NCBI GenBank assembly: GCA_039588295.1
Contig: JBDHAB010000007.1
Location: forward strand, 162,307-226,306
Direction: 5' to 3'
DNA from: Gemmatimonadota bacterium
Lineage (GTDB): Bacteria; Gemmatimonadota; Gemmatimonadetes; Gemmatimonadales; GWC2-71-9
Length of the DNA stretch: 64,000 bases
The notes below the pieces were generated by a model. The model had not been told where the DNA came from. It worked only from the letters and a program-made list of their open reading frames with translations, and did no database searches. The position numbers and the translations under genes are program-made. Below are positions 36,715 through 47,400 of the stretch, piece after piece (position 1 is the first letter of the stretch; each line of letters opens with the position of its first letter).

Positions 36715-39582
36715 ATGACCCAGGACCTCCCCCTCCGGCGTCTCCTTCTCGCCGTTGTGCTGACCGCGATAACAGGATGGGCCTGCGCCGATGGTGGCAC
36801 GCAGCCGCCGACGCCTGTGCCGACGACCATCACCCTGAACAAGACATCAGTGTCGCTTGATGCGATCGGCGCGACGGATCAGCTCACCCCGACCGTCAGG
36901 GATCAGAACGGGAACACGATGTCCGGTGTTGCCGTCTCGTGGACCTCGGCGAACATGGCGGTCGCGACTGTGAACGGCAGCGGACTGGTCACCGCCGTGG
37001 ACAATGGAAGTGCCGATGTGACCGCGACGGCGGGATCGGCCTCCGGCACGGCCACGGTGACCGTGGCGCAGGTGCCGGCTCAGGTGCAAAAGGTGGCGGG
37101 TGATGCCCAGACGGGGTTGGTGAATTCGGTGCTGACCGATTCGCTGGCGGTCGTGATCAACGACCGCTTGGGCAACACCATGGGGAGTGTGAACGTGAGC
37201 TTTGCCGCGTCGGCCAACGGAGGATCGGTGTCGCCCGCGAGCGCGGCGACCGACGCGGCCGGCCGTGTCGCCACGGAGTGGAGCTTCGGCACGACGGCCG
37301 GGAACCACACGGTGACCGCCACGCCGAGCGCCGGATCCGGATCGGCCCAATTCACCGCCACCGCCGATCCGGACCCGGCGGATTCGATTGCCACGGTATC
37401 GGGCGATCTCCAAACCGGCCTCGTTGGCGCGGCCTTGCCCAATCCCTTGGTCGTGGAGGTCGTCGATCAGTACGGCAATGGTGTGGCCGGCGAAGCCGTG
37501 GCCTTCAGCACGACCGATGGATCGGTGTCGCCGACCAACGCCACGACGGGGGCGGACGGTAGCGCGCAGACCACGTGGACGCTGGGCGGAACCGCCGGGC
37601 TGCAAACGGCCCAGGCGAGTGCGGCGGGTCTCAAGGGTGATCCGATCAGCTTCACCGCCACCGGGTCGACGCTGTCCCTCACAGGGATCGCGCCCGACAC
37701 CCTCGTCGAGACGGTGCCAGCCACCCTTACGGGAACCGGGTTTGACGTCACCCCCGCGAACAACACGGTCATGGTCGATGGCGTGGCGGCGACGGTGACC
37801 ATGGCGTCGGCGACCTCGCTCACGATCACGGTGCCGACGTACGACTGTAAGCCGGCGCGCGACGTGAACGTGCAGGTCACGGTCGGCGGCGCCAACTCCA
37901 ACACTCGCAGTCACCCGCTGCGATCGAACACCGTGCTGAACCTCGCGCTGGGAGAGCTATCACTGGTCACCGATCCCGCCGACTTTTGCCTGCAGTTCAC
38001 GCCCTCTACGAGTGGTGGAGACGAGTATCTCGTCGGCATCGGAGCGGCCGCGGAGAGCCCAGGTATCGTCATGGCCGTGAGCATGACCGGTGAGCAGGGT
38101 TCCCCCGGTGCCGCGCCGCCAGCGTTCGCGCCGGTGACCGCTGCGCATCAGAGGAGCGCGCTTTCGCGGTCAGAGGCCACGGCGCTCCAGCGCCGCATTG
38201 CGCACTACGAGGCGGAGCAGCGTATTCGCAGCTGGGAGCGTGAGCATCTCGATCCGGCACGCCATCCCGAGTTGCGTACCGCGTTCGCCACCGCGGCGCC
38301 CCGAGCCACGATGGCCGTGCCGAACGTAGGCGACACATTGCATCTCCACGTGCCCGACGTCGATGGCAACCCCTGCGATTCCATCCCGATCGATGCCGTG
38401 GTGAAGACGGTTGGAGCGGCAGGGATCTTTGTCACCGACGTGAACAACCCGCCAATGGACTCCCTGACCAACGCGGAGATCCAGGCGTACAGCGACACGT
38501 TCGACTTGCACATCTACGCAGCCGACACGTCGTACTTCGGCGTCCCGAGCGATCTGGACGCCAACCAGCGAGTGCTCGTAGTGCTCACGGTGGAGGTCAA
38601 CAAGTTGCTAGGCGGTCAGATTGCAGGGTTCGTGTTTTCCGGTGACCTGTTTCCCCCGGCCTCGTGTGCCACGAGCGACCAGGGCGAGATCTTCTATGGC
38701 CATGTGCCGGATCCCAACAATGACGCCGGCACCTCGGGTCGCAGCAAGAACTCGGTGTTGTTCCAGATGCCGTCGCTCATCGCACACGAGTTCACGCACA
38801 ATATCCAGCAGAGCCGTAGGATCGTGTTGCTGGGCAGCAGCACCGGCCTCACGAGTTGGGAGGCCGAGGGACAGGCCACGTTCGCCGAAGAAGTGGTCGG
38901 CCACAGCATCCTCGGTAACATGCCGGGTCAGGAGTACGGTGCAGCCACGGCGCTCAATGCTCCTGGGAGCACGTGGTATCGATTCATCTTCGATCGATTG
39001 GCGTGGTACTACGGGTATCAGGGCGATTCGGCGACTGGTGCGCCGGAACGCTGCACGTTGTTCGGCGATCCGACACAATACGGCACGGTGCCGTGCAAGG
39101 CCTTTTGGCAGTACGGGACCTCGTGGTCATTCCAGCGCTACGTCGCGGACCGTTTTGGCCAGAGCTACCCGGGAGGGGAAACCGCACTCCATCAGGACTG
39201 GATCGGCGCGAACCCCATGCTGAACGGCGTCGCCAACGTGGAGGCTCTGCTGGGTGTGCAGTTCGACTCGGTGTTTGCCCGCTGGGCGGCGATGCATTAC
39301 GTCGATGGTAGGGTAGCAGCGGCCGACACGAGCATGGTGATGTCCAGTTGGAACCTCTTCAACGTGCTCAACAGTCTGAACCCGGCCGCTCCACTCTCCG
39401 CGACCGCTCGAAGTCTCGTCAACTTCACCGACACCGATCGAATCCGGGGGGGCAGCACGGCGTACAGCGTCTTCACCGTGGGAGGGAATAGACCCGGCTA
39501 CGCGTTCCGCGTGCGTGATCTCAGTGACATGGTGCTCGGGACGGCTATGAAGCCGCAACTGTGGGTTGTCCGCGTCCAATAG
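36715..39582 (+). CDS. Surface lipoprotein with Ig-like (Big) and IPT domains and a C-terminal HEXXH zinc peptidase (M30-like)
   Basis: Lipobox GWAC; repeated GDxQTG..VxDxxGN Ig units; SDLDANQRV; IAHEFTH...WEAEGQA. Confidence 0.82.
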   Translation: MTQDLPLRRLLLAVVLTAITGWACADGGTQPPTPVPTTITLNKTSVSLDAIGATDQLTPTVRDQNGNTMSGVAVSWTSANMAVATVNGSGLVTAVDNGSADVTATAGSASGTATVTVAQVPAQVQKVAGDAQTGLVNSVLTDSLAVVINDRLGNTMGSVNVSFAASANGGSVSPASAATDAAGRVATEWSFGTTAGNHTVTATPSAGSGSAQFTATADPDPADSIATVSGDLQTGLVGAALPNPLVVEVVDQYGNGVAGEAVAFSTTDGSVSPTNATTGADGSAQTTWTLGGTAGLQTAQASAAGLKGDPISFTATGSTLSLTGIAPDTLVETVPATLTGTGFDVTPANNTVMVDGVAATVTMASATSLTITVPTYDCKPARDVNVQVTVGGANSNTRSHPLRSNTVLNLALGELSLVTDPADFCLQFTPSTSGGDEYLVGIGAAAESPGIVMAVSMTGEQGSPGAAPPAFAPVTAAHQRSALSRSEATALQRRIAHYEAEQRIRSWEREHLDPARHPELRTAFATAAPRATMAVPNVGDTLHLHVPDVDGNPCDSIPIDAVVKTVGAAGIFVTDVNNPPMDSLTNAEIQAYSDTFDLHIYAADTSYFGVPSDLDANQRVLVVLTVEVNKLLGGQIAGFVFSGDLFPPASCATSDQGEIFYGHVPDPNNDAGTSGRSKNSVLFQMPSLIAHEFTHNIQQSRRIVLLGSSTGLTSWEAEGQATFAEEVVGHSILGNMPGQEYGAATALNAPGSTWYRFIFDRLAWYYGYQGDSATGAPERCTLFGDPTQYGTVPCKAFWQYGTSWSFQRYVADRFGQSYPGGETALHQDWIGANPMLNGVANVEALLGVQFDSVFARWAAMHYVDGRVAAADTSMVMSSWNLFNVLNSLNPAAPLSATARSLVNFTDTDRIRGGSTAYSVFTVGGNRPGYAFRVRDLSDMVLGTAMKPQLWVVRVQ

Positions 39583-39590
39583 GAGGAGCT

Positions 39591-40217
39591 ATGCACAGAC
39601 GTCGCTTCGTAGTGGCGGGAGCTTGGCTCCTCGCAGCGTGCGCGGGTGGCCAGGAGCAGGGCGACCAGCCGCCGGTGGACAGTATGGCTGCCGCGATGAT
39701 CGTGAGTACACCGGACACGGCGGTTGGCGACCCCGCGGTTCCCACCGACCTCGCCCCTGTGCCGATGACCTTGCGGACCGGTGACACGGTGGCGACCGGC
39801 ACGGTGCGTTCCGTTGGTGCGGCCCCCCTCACCCAGGTTGTGCTGCAGAGCGGCGCCGGGGCGGAGATACGGTCGGTTGCCGTGCGGGGCGAGCTCCGCG
39901 ACGAGATTGCGCGCGCGATTGGGGCGGAGGTGCGCGTGTGGGGACCGCCCGCGGCGAATCAGCCTCCGCCGCCAGCCAGGGCCGTGGAGGTGTACCGGTA
40001 CGACATCCTTTCCGTAAACGGTGAGATACCGGTCGTCGGCACGGTCTTCAGGCGGGGCGAGCAACTCTTGATCGGGGGCCGAGACACGGTGGACCTCGTG
40101 GGCGCGCCGGAAGAACTCCTGGGTCGTTTGGGGGCGAAGGTCTGGGCCGTCGGGGTACGCGAGGGTAGCACCCTGCGAATCCAGGCATACGGAGTGCTGC
40201 GGGAGGTCGGTCGCTGA
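39591..40217 (+). CDS. Hypothetical lipoprotein
   Basis: RBS AGGAGG; lipobox LAAC; 8 nt after the upstream stop. Confidence 0.72.
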   Translation: MHRRRFVVAGAWLLAACAGGQEQGDQPPVDSMAAAMIVSTPDTAVGDPAVPTDLAPVPMTLRTGDTVATGTVRSVGAAPLTQVVLQSGAGAEIRSVAVRGELRDEIARAIGAEVRVWGPPAANQPPPPARAVEVYRYDILSVNGEIPVVGTVFRRGEQLLIGGRDTVDLVGAPEELLGRLGAKVWAVGVREGSTLRIQAYGVLREVGR

Positions 40218-40243
40218 CCGCCAGGCGTAACCAACGGATGGAA

Positions 40244-40279
40244 GACGGCTCCGTCCGGGGAATCCCGGACGGAGCCGTC
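40244..40279. terminator. Perfect 16-bp hairpin between convergent genes (bidirectional terminator-like)
   Basis: GACGGCTCCGTCCGGG-gaat-CCCGGACGGAGCCGTC. Confidence 0.7.
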
Positions 40280-40296
40280 GTGGTATCGCAGCGCCG

Positions 40297-41859
40297 TCAG
40301 ACGCGCCGCTCGATTTCAGGCGGCTTATCTTCCCCCAGCGGAGAGTCACCGAAGACGCGTCCGAGGATGCGCCGAGCGTGTTGAGGCACACCGAGGAATG
40401 CGACCTCGAGCTGGGCCTGCTGGGCGTCGTCCACTACGCCCTTGAGTGCGAGCGCCCCGGTGTAGTCGATGCGTCCCAATCGCCGAAGATCGATCACCAG
40501 CCGGTCGGCGGTGTTGTGGGCAGCGAGTTCCTTGAGCAGCGCTTCGTGGAGTCCGGGTGAGGAACCGAAGAACAGCACTCCCTCGGGCTCGATTCTGAGC
40601 ACGCCATCGCGGAAGTCCGTATGTACGCGGAGCGGCAGCTCTCGCCAGAGGTGAACGGCCACTGCCAGACCGACACCGACGAGTATGGCGCGGTCGATGC
40701 GGGGCGCGAGCGCCAGGGTCAGCGCAAACGTCGACCAGGCAATGATCGCTTGAGGGTAGGAGTGCCCGAAGAGTCGGAGGAGCGGCCGCAACGCCACCAG
40801 CTTGACGACTGCCGCGATGACAATCGCCCCCAGGATCGCCAGGGGGAGGACGGATATCACACCGGCGATCGGGAGGAACGCCAACACGAGCAGCCCGGCG
40901 ATCGCGCCGGTCCACCGTGACGTGCCTCCGGCCATCCGGGCGACCGAGCTGCGGGAGAAGGATCCGCCGACCGGAAAGCCACCCGAGATTCCGGAGGCGA
41001 GATTGGCCATCCCCTGACTCACAAACTCCCGACTTGGATTCCACGGCGCACGATCCTGGGCGGCAAACGTACTGGAAATCGCCGCCGCCTCGGCGAAACC
41101 AACGAGCGCGATCACGAGGCCAGGAAGCAGGAGCTGGGGAACTGCCTGCCAAGAGTGGCCGATCGAGAATGGCGGCAGGCCGGTTGGAACGGCGCCCAGC
41201 GTGGGTCCACCGTAGTCGGTGAGGAGGCTGAAGACCACGCCGATCACCACGGCGACCAGCACGCCCGGCAGCAGCGCGTGCACTCGCCGGCCTCCGAGGA
41301 CCAGCGCGACGGTCAACGCCGAAAGTATGACGGACGCACCATCCCACGCGCCGGGGTGCACAACGGTCCACCAGGCACCGCCGAGCACAGAACCATCCGC
41401 GGGGGACACGCCAAGGGCGGTTGGCAGTTGAGACGCGATGACCAGGATCGCGGCGGCGCTCGTGAAGCCGGTGAGCACGGGATGGGACATCAGATATGCC
41501 ACCCATCCGACGCGCATCATGCCCAATACCAGGCGCGCCAGCCCGACGACGATTGCCAGCAGTGCGGCTAACGCGACAAAGTCACCGCTCGCCGGCGTGG
41601 CCAGCGGGGCGAGTGCCCCGAACGTCAGCAAGCTCGTCATCGCGACGGGACCGGTCTGCAGGTAGGGCGACGACGCGAAGAACGCGGCGGCAATAGGCGG
41701 GAGCATGGCGGCATACAGCCCGTGGTAGGGAGGAAGCCCCGCCAGCTCGGCATACGCCAACGATTGCGGGATGAGAACGAGCGCCACGCTGAGGCCCGCG
41801 ACCAGGTCGCCAACCGTGGGCCCGCCTTTCCGGAAGACGTGCGCCTGGAAACTCGTCAG
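40297..41859 (-). CDS. SulP/SLC26 anion permease with C-terminal STAS domain
   Basis: DLVAGLSVALVLIPQSLAYAELAG, GSFSRS, GVLFFG, IDYTG. Start extended to a CTG at 41859; the ORF track gives 41787. Confidence 0.9.
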   Translation of the reverse strand: MTSFQAHVFRKGGPTVGDLVAGLSVALVLIPQSLAYAELAGLPPYHGLYAAMLPPIAAAFFASSPYLQTGPVAMTSLLTFGALAPLATPASGDFVALAALLAIVVGLARLVLGMMRVGWVAYLMSHPVLTGFTSAAAILVIASQLPTALGVSPADGSVLGGAWWTVVHPGAWDGASVILSALTVALVLGGRRVHALLPGVLVAVVIGVVFSLLTDYGGPTLGAVPTGLPPFSIGHSWQAVPQLLLPGLVIALVGFAEAAAISSTFAAQDRAPWNPSREFVSQGMANLASGISGGFPVGGSFSRSSVARMAGGTSRWTGAIAGLLVLAFLPIAGVISVLPLAILGAIVIAAVVKLVALRPLLRLFGHSYPQAIIAWSTFALTLALAPRIDRAILVGVGLAVAVHLWRELPLRVHTDFRDGVLRIEPEGVLFFGSSPGLHEALLKELAAHNTADRLVIDLRRLGRIDYTGALALKGVVDDAQQAQLEVAFLGVPQHARRILGRVFGDSPLGEDKPPEIERRV

Positions 41860-41888
41860 GGACCACTCCCGAGGGTTGCGTGGATACA

Positions 41889-41917
41889 GTTATAATGCAA
41901 TATTGCAATACTTGCAA
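41889..41917 (-). promoter_or_regulatory. Sigma70-type promoter for the SulP gene overlapped by a palindromic operator
   Basis: Minus strand reads TTGCAA-17 nt-TATAAC. TGCAATATTGCA palindrome at 41896-41907; plus-strand TATAAT at 41891-41896. Confidence 0.7.
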
Positions 41918-41960
41918 CTTCTCCGACGCACTCAACCCGCACGCTCGAGGGGGTTCTGCC

Positions 41961-42266
41961 ATGGCCGGTCCAGCCACCATCGCTGACAGTGTTCTTGCTG
42001 AAGCTGCCGAGGTGATCAAGGTGCTCGGGCATCCGTTGCGGCTCCGTTTGCTCGAGGCCCTGGAGGCTGGTGAGAAGACGGTGTCGGAGCTGCAGGAATA
42101 TGCGGGGGCGACGCAGGCGGGGGTATCACAGCAGCTGGCGACCCTTCGCGCGCGAGGGGTCGTGGACAATCGCCGCGAGGGCGCGCACGTCTTTTATCGC
42201 ATCACCGAGCCCAAGGTGCCGTCCATCCTCAGCTGCATTCGATCGTGTGCCATCGGGAAGCAATAG
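41961..42266 (+). CDS. ArsR/SmtB family transcriptional regulator
   Basis: IKVLGHPLRLRLL, EKTVSEL, VSQQLATLR..GVV..RREG..VFY; C-terminal CIRSC. Confidence 0.92.
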   Translation: MAGPATIADSVLAEAAEVIKVLGHPLRLRLLEALEAGEKTVSELQEYAGATQAGVSQQLATLRARGVVDNRREGAHVFYRITEPKVPSILSCIRSCAIGKQ

Positions 42267-42398
42267 GCTCACCACTCGCATCACCTCCACTCTGCGAGCT
42301 CGTGGTCGAGCTGCGCATTGGACGTGGTGACCGCGTGTTCGCCGAGCGCGCATCCCCGCCGTATTCTTTCTCAGACAACTCCGAAGAGGAACCAGACC

Positions 42399-44435
42399 AT
42401 GAAGCGCGCACTCCTGGCGTCCGTGATGCTCGCGGCGGCCACGTCGGTCCTATCCGCGCAGGGGCATCTCCCACTCCTCGATGCGGAGCGCCGAGACGTC
42501 ATCCATGAGGTGTTGAGTGGTGAGGCGGCCAAGGACCACGTGATCGCCATCACTCGTCACCATCGCATCCAGGGTTCCCGTGGCTACCGCGACGCCGCGC
42601 ACTACGTACGCGACCAGCTCCGATCCTTTGGGTACTCGGACCAGGCGGCGTACATCGAGTCGTTTCCCTCTGACGGCACGATCGCGTATCAGACCTGGCA
42701 GTCGCCGTCGGGGTGGGACATCGAAGCGGCGGAACTGCGGGTCGTGGAACCGTTCGATGAGCGGCTCGTCGGCTATCCCGAGATCGCCATGAGTCTCATC
42801 ACCTACTCGAATCCCGGAGATGTCACGGCGGAACTGGTGTGGGTCGGCTCGGGGCTGCGTGACGCAGATTATCAAGGAAGGGACGTCGCGGGGAAGTTCG
42901 TGCTCGCCACCGGCTATGGTGGAAGCGTGCATCGGCTTGCGGTCTTGAAGTACGGTGCGGCCGGTGTCGTCTGCTACCTCGCCGATGACCGGGCCCGCGA
43001 GTTCCCCGATATGCTGCAGTACACCGGCATGTGGCCGCAGACCGAGGAACTCAGCCGCGTCACGTTCGGCTTCAACCTGACCAACCGGCAGGGTGAGCGA
43101 CTCCGAGACATGCTGCTCGCAGGGCGGCAGGTCGTGGTGCGCGGGACGGTCTCGGGTATTGGTCTCGAGCCGTACTTCATGGATGTGGTCGTGGCCCGGA
43201 TCGAAGGATCGGCGCACCCGGATGAAGAGCTGGTGCTCAGTGCCCACCTCGACCACCCCAAAGAGTCCGCCAACGACAATGCCAGCGGTTCGGCAGCGCT
43301 GCTGGACATCGCGCGAACGTTGAAGCACCTCATTGAGGAGGGACGGTTGCCACCACCCAAGCGCTCGATCCGGTTCCTGTGGATTCCGGAGTGGTACGGA
43401 TCCATGGCCTACATCGATGCGCATCCGGAGCTCAAGGGCCCGGGCCTCGCGGGCACCTATCTGGCGAACATCAACATGGACATGGTGGGTGAGCACCCCG
43501 AGTTGCTGCACTCGACAATGATCATGACGCGGACGCCACCATCGATCCCGTCGGCGCTCAATGACGTCGTCGAGAACATGGCAGCGATGGTCGATCGCAT
43601 GAACGTGCGGTCGCCTCGCGGCAGTCTGTCCCAGTTCAACTATCGGGTGACGCCGTACAGCGGCGGCAGTGATCACATGATGTTCATCGATCGGCAGGTG
43701 CCGGGGATGATGTTCGGTCACTCGCCGGACTACACCCATCACACCTCGGAAGACACACCGGACAAGGTCGACCCGGTGGAGTTGGAGCGGGCGGAGATCA
43801 TTGCGACGGGGGCCGTGCTCTACCTGTCGGACCTGACCGGCGAAGAGGCTGTCGACCTGGCCTACCTCGTGGCAGCCAGTGCCGCCCAGCGACTGGGCGA
43901 CGCGGCCCGGCGCGCGCGTCGGCACATGAGGCGGGGTGACCGCGCCTCAGCCTGGTTCGAAGCCACGAACCTTCTCGATCACACGCTCGAGTGGGAGCGC
44001 GAGACCGTGCGGTCGATCCTGCACTTCAACGACGAACAAATCGTCAGAGAGCGCGTCGCAACCGTCGAGCGCCAACTCGACGGTCAGGCACGCGTGCTCC
44101 GGGACCAGTTGGAGGCGGCGGCGGGCGCGGCCGGCGTTCCACCGAGCGGCCGCACGTTCACCGACTCGAGAGTCCCGATTCGACTGACCCGTGGGCCGCT
44201 CGACTTCGGCCTTCCCGAAAGCCGTCTTCCGGCCGAGGCGGCCGCCTGGTATCGATCCGCCGAGTTTTCCCTCAACGGAAGCGCGCGATTCGAGCTGGTC
44301 AACTTCATCGACGGGGCACGTACCCTTGCGCAGATCCGGGATGCCCTGAGTGCCGAGTTCGGGCCGGTTCGAGGTGAGATCGTGGCCCACTACATCGAGG
44401 ATCTCGTTCGGGTTGGTGTCATAGGGTGGCGGTGA
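42399..44435 (+). CDS. Secreted M28 family peptidase with PA domain (DUF4910-like)
   Basis: Signal peptide; SAHLDH, ANDNASG, PEWYGS, NMDMVG, GGSDH, HTSED. Confidence 0.85.
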   Translation: MKRALLASVMLAAATSVLSAQGHLPLLDAERRDVIHEVLSGEAAKDHVIAITRHHRIQGSRGYRDAAHYVRDQLRSFGYSDQAAYIESFPSDGTIAYQTWQSPSGWDIEAAELRVVEPFDERLVGYPEIAMSLITYSNPGDVTAELVWVGSGLRDADYQGRDVAGKFVLATGYGGSVHRLAVLKYGAAGVVCYLADDRAREFPDMLQYTGMWPQTEELSRVTFGFNLTNRQGERLRDMLLAGRQVVVRGTVSGIGLEPYFMDVVVARIEGSAHPDEELVLSAHLDHPKESANDNASGSAALLDIARTLKHLIEEGRLPPPKRSIRFLWIPEWYGSMAYIDAHPELKGPGLAGTYLANINMDMVGEHPELLHSTMIMTRTPPSIPSALNDVVENMAAMVDRMNVRSPRGSLSQFNYRVTPYSGGSDHMMFIDRQVPGMMFGHSPDYTHHTSEDTPDKVDPVELERAEIIATGAVLYLSDLTGEEAVDLAYLVAASAAQRLGDAARRARRHMRRGDRASAWFEATNLLDHTLEWERETVRSILHFNDEQIVRERVATVERQLDGQARVLRDQLEAAAGAAGVPPSGRTFTDSRVPIRLTRGPLDFGLPESRLPAEAAAWYRSAEFSLNGSARFELVNFIDGARTLAQIRDALSAEFGPVRGEIVAHYIEDLVRVGVIGWR

Positions 44436-44444
44436 GCCTCGGCG

Positions 44445-47400
44445 CTATTCACGCGTGTCGATGTTCACTCCACGCACCCGCTCGATGACTCTGTCGAGTT
44501 CGTCCCGGAGTTCGTCGAACCGGGTGAACGCGTCGCGCCCGACCTTCTGGTCCGCGCGCGAAATCATGCCGTCCAGATACTCGAGTTGATCAACGAGCAT
44601 CGGTTGGGAGTAGCGAATCGAGTCCGTGGCGAGCGCTGACTCGAGCGCCGCCAGTTCGTTACGAGCGCCGCCGCCGCCGCGCCCCAGTCGAGCTCGGAGT
44701 GCTCGCACCCGGGCGAGGAGCTGGCGTGCCTCGCCGATGGCCCGCTGCACGTCCAGGCGCAAGCCGTACTGCTCGACCAAATCGCTCTCGGTGACACCGT
44801 CCGCCGCAACTCGCGGATCAATGCGAACGGTGAGCGTGCGGGTGTCACTCCAGTTTCCGGCCGTGAGACGAACTTCGTAGGTGCCGGGCGGCACGAGCGG
44901 ACCGTTGCGTCCGGCACGCTGCGTGCGGGAATCCCAGGCGCCCGGCACTCTGAGATTCCAAGTGAATCGGTGCATGCCTGCGCTTGCGCGGAGGCGCTGT
45001 GGTGCGCGCGGGGTACGTGGACTCGGCAGGTCCGGCGTGTCGGGTGCCCGGTCATCCTCGCTGGAGAACGACTGAATGACGCGGCCGGAGCCATCCACGA
45101 TCTCGAGGGCCATCGTGCCCGCCGGTTCCGCCAGGTAGTAATCGATCGTTGCCCCGGATGGCGGATACGGCAGGCCGCCGGATGACTGCCGTGAGCCGAT
45201 GGAGCGCATGCGGTACGCCGTGCGGGGCGTGAACAGGTGTACCGGCTCACTGGCGAGTTCGGCGCTCAGCTCGTGGAGCGGCGTCACGTTGTCGAGGATC
45301 CAAAACGAGCGCCCCATGGTCGAGAGCACGAGATCTTGGCGGTGCACCTTGATGTCCGTCACGGGAGTGACGGGCAGGTTCTGCTGGAACGGATGCCACT
45401 GACGGCCGTCGTCGAACGAGACGTACATCCCGAATTCCGTGCCTGCATAGAGCAGTCCCTCGCGGTCCGGGTCTTCGCGGACGACCCGTGTGGGAACGTT
45501 GGCGGGAATGCCGTTCGAGCCGGTGGTGAGTCTCGTCCAGCTGGCTCCGTAGTCCGCGGTGCGGTAGAGGTAGGGCTGCCAGTCATCCAGGAGATAGCGG
45601 AGTATGGCGACGTACGCCTTTGCCGGATGGTGTGGGGAGGGGTCGATGTGCTGTACCCGACCACCGGGAGGTAGTCCCGCCGGGGTGATCTCGGTCCACG
45701 TCCGGCCGCCGTCCCGAGTGAGGTGAACAGGCCCGTCGTTCGCCCCGACCCAGATGACCCCTTGCTCGAGCGGCGACTCCTCGACCGCGTAGATCGTCGA
45801 GTAGAACTCCTCCCCCGTGATGTCCCGTGTGATTGGAGCGCCGGACACCACCTGTTTGTCCGGCTCAAACGCGGTGAGATCCGGTGAGATCGTCTCCCAT
45901 GTGACGCCGTCATCGCGCGTCACGTGCAGAAACTGCGACGCGTGAAAGACCACGTCTGGGTCATGGGGTGAGACCTCGATGGGGGACACACGCTGGAACC
46001 GGTACTTCAGGTCACGCGGGTTGTGTCCGTACAGGTTTTGCGCACCCACGTAGTACTGCTTTTCCTGACCGGTCGTCTTGTTGTACCGCCCGAACCGGCC
46101 CTTGCAGTTCGCGTACACGATGTTGGGATCGCCCGGCTTCGGTACGGCGGGCCCCGTCTCACAGCCGCCAACGGAGCGCCAGTATGCAAGTCCACCTCCG
46201 GGAGCGGCGTGCGGCGGCCGACTCGGAACGGCGATCGTGGAGTTGTCCTGCTGGCCGGCATACACCCAATAGGGGAACTGGTCGTCGACATCGACCTGGT
46301 ATAGCTCCGCCGTCGGCTGGTTGTGTTGGCTCGACCAAGTGCGGCCTCCATCGAGCGTCACATTGGCTCCACCGTCGTTGGATTGGATGAAGACGTCCGG
46401 GTTTCCGGGGTTGATCCAGAGGTCGTGGTTATCCCCGTGCGGTGTGGACCTTCGCGTGAAGGTGACGCCGCCGTCTGCCGACTGGAAGAACCCTTCAGCG
46501 CTGATGTAGACGATGTCCGCGTTCGTGGGATCCGCGTCCACGTTCGTGTAATAGAACGGTCGGTTCAGGATGCCGCGTTCATTGCCGACGAGGCGAAACG
46601 TGAGGCCACGGTCGTCGGATCGGTACAGACCGGGCTCGCGGTCGGCCTCGATCAGGACGTACAGCCGGTTCGGATCGGCCGCTGAGACGGCGAGGTCGCT
46701 CTTTCCGACCAACCCGGTCGGCAGCCCGTTCGTGAGCTTGCGCCACGAGTCACCCGCGTCGTCAGACTTGTAGACGCCGCCCTCCAACGCGCCGGAGATG
46801 ATGGTCCAGGGCTTTCGTTCGGCACGCCACACCGACGCGTAGATCTCCGCCGGATTGTCCGGCGCAAACTCCAGATCGACGGCACCCGTCGAATCCGAGA
46901 TGAAGAGAATGTGCTCCCATACCTCCCCGGCGTTCCGCGTCCGATAGACGCCCCGATCACGGCTCGGGCCGAACGCGTTGCCAATCGCTGCGACGTAAGC
47001 CACCGCGGGGTTCGTCGGGTGCACGAGCACGGCGCCGATCTGCCCGGTCTCACGAAGCCCGGCGAAGGTCCACGTCGTCCCGCCGTCGGTGGATCGGTAG
47101 ACACCGCGTCCGGTGATGACGTTGCTGCGCAGTCCGTCCGAGCCCGTTCCGACCCAGACGACGTTGGGGTCGCTGTCCGCCACCCGAATGGCCCCGATGG
47201 ATCCCGTCTCGAAGTACCCGTCCGACATGTTGCGCCACGTCCGGCCGTAGTCGGTGGTCTTCCAGACCCCGCCGCCGGTCGCGCCCATGTAGAACGTGCT
47301 CGGCTGATCGACATGGCCCGCCACCGCGGTGACGCGACCGCCGCGCGTCGGACCGATCATGCGGTACGATAACTCCTCAAAGAACGATGAGGGTTGCGCC

